A stretch of 64,000 bases of DNA from Octopus sinensis (lineage: Eukaryota). The translations under genes and the position numbers were made by a program. Below the pieces are notes generated by a model that saw only the letters and a list, made by a program, of their open reading frames with translations, was not told the DNA's origin and searched no databases. The stretch spans positions 70,928,001 to 70,992,000 of the forward strand of contig NC_043008.1 in assembly GCF_006345805.1 (NCBI RefSeq), read 5' to 3'. This document shows positions 56,008 to 64,000 of this stretch, one piece after another. Numbering within the stretch: the stretch's first letter is position 1; each line of letters starts with the position of its first letter.

Positions 56008-57480
56008 GTGTGTGTTTGTTTGTTTGTATGTACATGTGTGTGTGTATGTACGATAGGCTTCTTTCACTTTCCACCTACAAAACTCACATTGTTTTGGTCG
56101 ATTTGGTGCTATAGTAGAAAATATTGAAATTGCCGCGCAATGGGACTGAAGCCAAGACGGTACTGTTAGAGAGCGAACTTCGTACATGTGACTTTCTATG
56201 CGTATATATTTAATCGATGCCTGTGTGTAAGTGTTTGTGTGCATGTGTAGTCTATTTCACTGTTACCTTTGGTATAGCTACTTGAATATTAACCATAATA
56301 TAGTATTTTTACTTGGTTCGAAACATCACAAATGTGATGGCGAGACACATTTTTGCAGTTGGCAACTTCAGATCAATTACAGCTTGAATTATGAGTTAAG
56401 GTATATAATTGTTAAATGATAAAATAGATGAATTAGGAGTTAAGCTATATAATTATGAGTTAAGGTATATAATTGTTAAATAATAAAAGGAATGAGTCAA
56501 GATTAAATGCAAATTTATTAGGGAGAAAATTTGTTATTCCATTTATAGTATTATTGCACTTAAAAATAAGCAAGTAATATCTCTTTTTATTTCGCTTTCA
56601 CTCTTCCCTTAATGTTAGAGTATTCATATAACCTTCAATAGGAATTTTGTCATCATCAGTTGCAGTTGTTCATAAACTAACACAGACACACACACACGCA
56701 CACAAAAACACACACGCGCAAACGCACACACCACACACATACTCACGCACGCACATATATAAATGCTACTCTAGAATCGCTCCATATATAATATTTTATA
56801 ATTGTAGCTAACACCTAGAGCAATTGAAAATCTTTTGTCAAAGAAGGCAATACATGAAGCCAATAAATACTTGTCAAAAATACTTAGAACGGATATCCGT
56901 AAACTCCTTCAAAATACAACTCACACAACACACCCATTCGTCTATACGCGTGCGCCCGTGTTGGTATGTATGTATGGGAATGTATGAGCAATTTCTTTGA
57001 AATGTATTTGACACCTAAATGATAGCGGTGATAAACATCCTACAATGAAATTTACCATAGCTGACAGGTCGAAATCAAACACCGGTTGTGACAGTAATTG
57101 TAATTTCTGCGCAATGAAGCTTTAAATTAAATTTTTCCTGTTTACATCTTCAATATAAAAGAAAAGTATTTGTCTGCTTAGAAATAATTTCATATTGCTG
57201 TCTCGTAAAATATTCCAGTACCGAATGTACTCAAATTACAAAAATTTGTTGTGTCGGCTGATATGTGAAATTTTCCACTGGAAATTAAAAACTTAGTTTA
57301 GGATATGAACATCTGACTCGGTGAACCGGTTTAATCTCACCTGGGTGGATTCTCCTCCATACACGCATTGAACATATGAGATAGGAACTAAGATATCTGT
57401 AATTCATAATTTAGTAGTCCTGGAAATGTAAGTGCAGCAAAATGAAGCAGGAAGATGGGTTCATTTTATCTGGCTTATAG

Positions 57481-57615
57481 GTCAGTATACCAGAAGATAC
57501 ATAATGGGCTTTTGGAGTTCAGAATACATAACGGCTTTTGGAGTAGATACCTGAACTTTGAAGATCTGGGACAGGCGACTGGCTGTCTTGCCCACAGTAC
57601 ATTTTTGCACTAGAG
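57481..57615 (+). other. Candidate 135-nt exon (stop in every frame; phase-1 frame has a single TGA)
   Basis: ttttatctggcttatag acceptor, GAG|gtaagc donor. Confidence 0.3.
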
Positions 57616-57688
57616 GTAAGCGCACATGCGCGCAAGCAAAATATAAACATGCAGATAGAAATAGATAGAGATAGGTAGATAGATAATT

Positions 57689-57721
<33 letters not shown>

Positions 57722-58395
57722 TAGAGAGAGAGAAGGAGAAAGATGATTGATGATCTCAGACGGATCCAGACAAATAATTCTAACAAATTTGTGACACTCA
57801 GGAGTAATGCTATTCTCAAATGCCTTCATTGAATACGGTCATCAAGTAATCAAGTTTAACACAACCACCTGGACTGTTGTAAACTTTGGCAAGTAGTATT
57901 GTGTTACAGTCATTCGCATCGAACACTTAAACTTACAATGTCCGGCATCCCACTGTATTGGCGAGCTGTGCCCTCTGCCAGATGAAACTCTTAATCCATG
58001 CATAAGTTTTTAACAAAATAATCCATAATACTTTCATATCTAAGGCCGTAATTTAATCGTGTAATATGCACCAGAGTGCTTAACACTTACTATTAAACTT
58101 CATTTAAAAGACTTACAGAGGTCAGTATTTTAACAGCTGGTGGGAATTCATGCAAAATGCTTTCACAGATGAGAAAATTCGGAACCTTTTGCTCTCTTCA
58201 TTAATACCAACCGAATCACACACTCAAACATACACTCATGCACACACATACACGCGCACACACACACGCGCACACACACACGCGCGCACACATTCGTACA
58301 CGTAAACACACGCATCCATACACACAATAATATCAATTTGTAATCAGTGTTTTGTGTATGTGCGCGTACACATATCACAGAATTTATGTATGTCA

Positions 58396-58470
<75 letters not shown>

Positions 58471-58471
58471 A

Positions 58472-58521
<50 letters not shown>

Positions 58522-58569
58522 ATGTATATATATATATATGCGTAAAATTTCTACTTGGTTATCAACCCC

Positions 58570-58782
58570 TATTTCTATCCCCTTAATTCTCCCTATTGTA
58601 ATGCCATAGATTGCTATGTGTGGGGCATGGTTAATAAAATGACCGTCCACCTGCAACAACAAGGCTAAGCTGGTAGCCAGGAGTTCGAAAATCTTCCAAG
58701 GGACACAGTGAGGTATGCATGTGCCGGGTTCCAGAGCTATTTTGAGGTCGTCGTGGAGGGTAAGAACGACAACTTTGAGTGA
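58570..58782 (+). mobile_element. C-terminal fragment of a second DD37D-type mariner transposase
   Basis: Reads FYPLNSPYCNAIDCYVWGMV...FENLPRDTVRYACAGFQSYFEVVVEGKNDNFE* with frameshifts, matching the PPNSPD..DY.VWG motif and typical C-terminus. Confidence 0.7.
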
Positions 58783-58962
58783 ACTCTTATCTTCAAGCCA
58801 TAATCTCATTGATATAATTTTTTTTTTATTTCAAAATATACTTTCAACTTTGAATGTGAGATTTTTTTCTTTTCCTTTTATGCAATCTGTCAAATTTAAC
58901 CTGAACACACCGCAAATATTCTGCTCAATACCACAGATTTGCTTGTCAGTTGTTCGATTGTA

Positions 58963-59380
58963 ACTAGGTGAGCATATCCCTTAGTAGCTGGCGGTATGTG
59001 CGTCTCTGATCAAGGCCAGTAGTTGTGGGGAAGCATCATATCCATGTACTGAGAAGAATTCTTTCGGGTTTAAAAAACTCACATCAGGAAACATAGGTGT
59101 TTCGTTTAACATCCTTAAACAACTCCCAGGGACTCTATGAGCGGACGGGCTAATCGACCTGAAGAAAATTTTAACTGGGGCCCCACCTTGGACGCCCGAA
59201 CCCCACCCTCAACCACCCACCTACAACGCCCCACCTTCAACGTCATGCGCTGTTTACCTTGGTATGAGATCACTATATCATGGTGTATTCTTATCACATG
59301 GGTAGTCATAATGGGTATACTGGTGTGCGTATACATTACCCCAGTGTCTCTTTGATGGCATGCACTGCTCTCTCACTCAA
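58963..59380 (+). mobile_element. Retroposon-like repeat ending in an (AAT)n tail
   Basis: Higher-GC block ending ...gcatgcactgctctctcactc directly followed by (AAT)n. I recall it as an octopus interspersed repeat; not verified. Confidence 0.45.
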
Positions 59381-59403
59381 TAATAATAATAATAATAATA
59401 ATA

Positions 59404-59438
<35 letters not shown>

Positions 59439-59531
59439 TAATAATAATAATAATAATAGTAATAATAATAATGATAATAATAATAATAATAATATCAACA
59501 ACAACAACAACAACAATAATAATAATAATAA

Positions 59532-59743
59532 TTTCTATTAAAGACACAAGGCCCGAAATTTTTGGGGAGAAGACCAGTCGATTATATAGGCCTCAGTATT
59601 TCACTGTTATTTGATTTATCGATCCCGAAAGGATAAATGGCAAAGTCGACTCCGATGGCACTTGAACTCAGGACGTAAAAACAGATGAAATATGGCTAAG
59701 CATTTCGCCCGGCGTGCTAAAGATTCTACCAGCTCGTAGCCTT
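59532..59743 (-). mobile_element. SINE family A between (AAT)n tracts
   Basis: Reverse complement of the family A blocks. Confidence 0.7.
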
Positions 59744-59749
59744 AATAAT

Positions 59750-59784
<35 letters not shown>

Positions 59785-59881
59785 TAATAATAATAATAAT
59801 AATAATGATAATAATAATAATAATAATATTAATAATAATAAAAATAATAATAATAATGATAATAAGAACAACAACAACGTC

Positions 59882-59913
<32 letters not shown>

Positions 59914-59940
59914 TAATAATAGCAACAACATTATATACAT

Positions 59941-60342
59941 AGGTGCAGGTGTTGCTGTGTGGTCAGAAGTTTGTTTTCCGATCACATGGTTTTGGGTTCA
60001 GTCCCAGTAGGCAAGTATCTTCTGCTAGATTTTCGGGTTGACCAACACTTTGTGAGTGAGTTAGGTAGGCCGAAACTGAAAGAAACCCGGCATATATGTG
60101 TACGTGCGTGTGTGTGTGTTTGTGTGTGTGTGGCTTTTGCGCATATGTTTGTCCCCAGCAACCGCTTGACAACCACTGTGAGTGTGTTTAGGTCCCCCCT
60201 AACCTAGCAGTTCGGGAAGGGTATCGAAGCAGTAATTACTACTCTTTACAAAATATAAGTATTGGCGTCGATGAGCTCGATTAAAATATTTCAAGGTGGT
60301 GCCACAGTATGGTCGCAGTTTAACGACAGAAACAAGTCAGAG
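59941..60342 (+). mobile_element. tRNA-derived SINE family C, decayed
   Basis: GGTGCAGGTGTTGCTGTGTGG head, GGTTCAGTCCC B box, internal (TG)n and the same tail. Confidence 0.7.
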
Positions 60343-61340
60343 ATAAAAAAAAAATAGATACACACAAACACAGACACAGACACAAACACAGACACAGACG
60401 CAAACACACAGACACACACCCTTCACATATATATGTATATAGGAGCGGAGTGTGTGTGTGTTTGTGTCTGTGTATTAACTTTACTTTAAATTCTTTCGAA
60501 TACATTCGACTGACAAAATGCAGATTTCAATAATACAACAGATCTCACTCATATTTTTACTAATTAATGATGATGATGATAATACTAAAAATCAAATAAA
60601 AAATAATAATGATATTAATAATGATGTTAATTATAATAATGATATTAACAATGATAATAATAAATGTGTTGATGGTGGCAATGATGATGATGATAATGAT
60701 GATATTGATGACGACGACGACAGCGACGTTGATGATAAAGATAATAGCTTGCGTATAAATAGTTATTATTGATGTCAAAAACCATCATCGTTATTGCCGT
60801 TGTTGCTACTACAAAAACAACAACAGCTACTACAACTAACTAATACTACTACTGCTGCTGTTACTGCTTCTACTACTACTACTACTACCACTACTACTAC
60901 TACTACTACTATTGGTGCTTGGTGATGCCGAAGATAGTTGAAAGATAGCTGATCATCTGATATGATAGAGAAAGATCCAAGTAGACGTGAGGAAGTGAGT
61001 AGACAATGGATCAAACAGTTGGAAAGTCATCTGATGATAATTGGATGACTCTTTTGAAATACAAAGGTCTTAGATCCTGTTTAATGCAAAGGATGTTGAG
61101 GTGTATGACGGTGGGGTGGATGGCGGATGTGGGTTGGATGCGGAAGGTGACGGTGGTTGTAGTTAGATGCGGGAAGGTGGATGGTGGAAGCGATAAAACG
61201 ATCGACAAAGCTGACTTTTAAAGATAATCAAATTAAAATGATGCGCCATGTTTCATTATGAATCGGATAAAATTTACGTGAAAGTACAGTGTTTTACACT
61301 TACTTTCGCAGAAGCATTCATCGCCATCGTTATCATCATC

Positions 61341-61405
<65 letters not shown>

Positions 61406-61657
61406 GAGGCACCTCCTCATCATCATAATCAGTTCTCCCGCCTTTTCTGTTTGAATCTCTCTCTCTCTCTCTCTTTCTCTCTCCCTTTTTTCTTTTCTTC
61501 TATCACCGTTGACTGTCTGTCTGTTTGCCGCACTCTCTTTCCCCCCGTTTCCTCTCTTTTGAAAACTTTAATGCAGCCAAGTTTCTTAGTATCTCTTCAT
61601 TAATATCGTGATACCTAGACAATATATTTCTATGTGTGTGTGTATACATATACACTT

Positions 61658-61688
<31 letters not shown>

Positions 61689-61737
61689 CATACATTCATG
61701 CATATGTATATGTATATATATACATATATGTATACGC

Positions 61738-61768
<31 letters not shown>

Positions 61769-61964
61769 CATACACACATATATACCCATACATATATGCT
61801 TATATATGTGTGTGCCTCTGTGTGTTAGTATTTATTAGTTAGAATAACATATGCAATATTAAGATATGAATATATATGAATGTACGTTTGGATAGAGATG
61901 CACATTATACTGCTTACATCCATCTTTGTCTTTCTTCTTACTACCTTCTTACATTACCTTTTAT

Positions 61965-62205
<241 letters not shown>

Positions 62206-62846
62206 TGTCTTTTTATCTCTATGAAACTAACAAACTTTTCGAATAATCTATCAATTTTTTAAAAAACAGGAAGCTATCTGTCTTGCTATCAAACGGTGTA
62301 ATTTATATAATTTTTACTGAATTATTAACGTCTACTCACGTGCTATCATTTCGGCTGCTGGCTTTTCGTAACTAGAGTGTTACCTGTCGTATGACGAATA
62401 TCTCTGGAAGCATACTTTTACCAGCATGTGTAATATCGGGAAATAATGGTATACATACTCGAATATTAATTTTCAAAAGAAAAATATTTATTACTTTGAA
62501 ATATAACGTAATAAAATATCTTACTTTTTTATAATCGCAATAAACATATCTTCAAATATATGTAACTTTTCTAAACTTTATCAATATAAACTCAATCTAC
62601 TCCATTGAAAACCTATCTCCACAAATTTCTTAATTTTCAGAAAGACATGAGATTTAAAATAGAGAGTGTCACCATACTGGAGTTCTCGTCTGTCTGTCTC
62701 CTTCTTTCTCTCTCTCTAGTATGTGTACCCATGCAGAAACGCTCAAAAGAACTCTCAAAGTATGTCTTTTTTTTTCACTTTTCCCTTCCTCTTTCAACGA
62801 TGTTAAGCATGGCTAGAGAAATCAATCTCTAACTTTTATTTCGGGC

Positions 62847-63036
62847 AAGGCGGCTAGCATGCAGAATAGTTAGCATGCCGGAAAAAATGCTTCGCGGCAT
62901 TTCGTCAGTCATTGTGTTCTGAGATAAAATTTCTCTGAGGTCGACTTTACCTTTCATCTTTTTGGGCTTAATATAATAAGTTCCAGTTAAGCACTGGTGT
63001 CGATGTAAGTACTGGTCTTGTGCCTAAATTCTAAAT
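62847..63036 (+). mobile_element. SINE family A, decayed
   Basis: ggcggctagcatgcagaatagttagc...gaggtcgactttacctttcatc. Confidence 0.6.
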
Positions 63037-63271
63037 CGATCTTCTATCGGCTGTTTTGAAACTGAGATTACCATGATGTAACACAATAACGTAACTAGTC
63101 TATCGAGATTTTACTGATGAACTTCTAAGCAAACAATCGGATATGCTCCAAGATGCTGGATTGCCTTAGATTGTATGTACAAGACCGGAGCCACCAATGA
63201 GGCATTGGTGATCTGGTATGCTACAGAATATAACATGACAGTTCGATCACACCAATCTAGTGTGGTGATTT

Positions 63272-63332
63272 GTAAGTAGAAGGAATATAATACAAATAAT
63301 ATTAATACTTTGATCCTCACTTCTTTTTACAG
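63272..63332 (+). other. Candidate 61-nt intron
   Basis: GTAAGT...cacttctttttacAG between two complex-sequence blocks. Confidence 0.35.
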
Positions 63333-64000
63333 AAACATAATCACTCCGAATGGAAAGAGAAATCCATCACAAGTAACATGTTGTCATGTTATATTGGGAA
63401 TTGATCATGTGTAGAAGATGGTGCGAGGCACATGTGACAATTCATTGAAATACGTCTTTACTAGATCTCATTGCAAGCAGGGGTGGTGCAGGCTTATTTG
63501 CTGACCGGAAGTGAGCCGAAGGAGTTGGTATTCGTTCATATAGTAAATACGTCATAACCCAGTTATCTATTAGCAGAGCATTATTAACATGAACGTGTAG
63601 TTTGACTCCCGAAGTGAAACGAATGGATTGATTGAATCTAATTTGAAACTGTCATTGCTCATGATATGTTTTTTATACTAGAAGAGTGCAAAGGGAGCAA
63701 GCGTGATATGCAATAAAGAAAACTGCTCGAGAAACAAGCGGAAAACCTGGAAACGAAGGTTTGATGTTTTGTTTATGCAGTATCTTATCTAATGCAGCCA
63801 TCTCACTATATCTATATCTAATATATATTTCAAAGAACGAGTTTTGCTAATATTGATGTAATAAATCATGTGAGGAAAATATTAGGCGTTCTGGATTAAG
63901 AACTTTCAAGAGAAATTTTCGAAAATGATATGACGAAATATTTGTCTGAGTATAGGTAATTGAGGTGTGTTAGAATGTAGAATATTTTCGTATACTGTTG

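Noticed and set aside
63360-63450. Hairpin considered as a SECIS for the UGA model
   Set aside because: The stem is too short and the geometry does not match the AUGA/GA quartet plus 11-12-bp helix.

Overview
This window is AT-rich, microsatellite-saturated animal genomic DNA with a 100-N assembly gap at 14232-14331. It is most likely an octopus (coleoid cephalopod) intronic or intergenic region. That assignment is an inference from SINE families I recognise from memory, not a database result. Nearly all ORFs in the supplied track are translations of simple repeats. I found no intact, nameable protein-coding gene. Supportable content: (i) many copies of at least three tRNA-type SINE families; (ii) decayed transposon fragments, namely two DD37D/maT Tc1-mariner pieces, a DD34D-like mariner piece, an RTE LINE piece and the 3' end of an R4/Dong-type RLE non-LTR element with a (TAA)n tail; (iii) a complete 513-bp non-autonomous Helitron. 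The most striking signal is a set of small non-coding foldback elements embedded in (TA)n tracts (5.6, 19.3, 20.8, 37.4 and 55.5 kb, plus relatives). Each is a long palindrome with a one-sided extension, and each arm carries a minimal type I hammerhead ribozyme motif, so one ribozyme lies on each strand. Two palindromes are perfect (79-bp and 164-bp arms) although copies of the same family differ clearly from each other. This architecture resembles Penelope-like element pseudo-LTRs or retrozymes. Low-confidence candidate exons exist on both strands.
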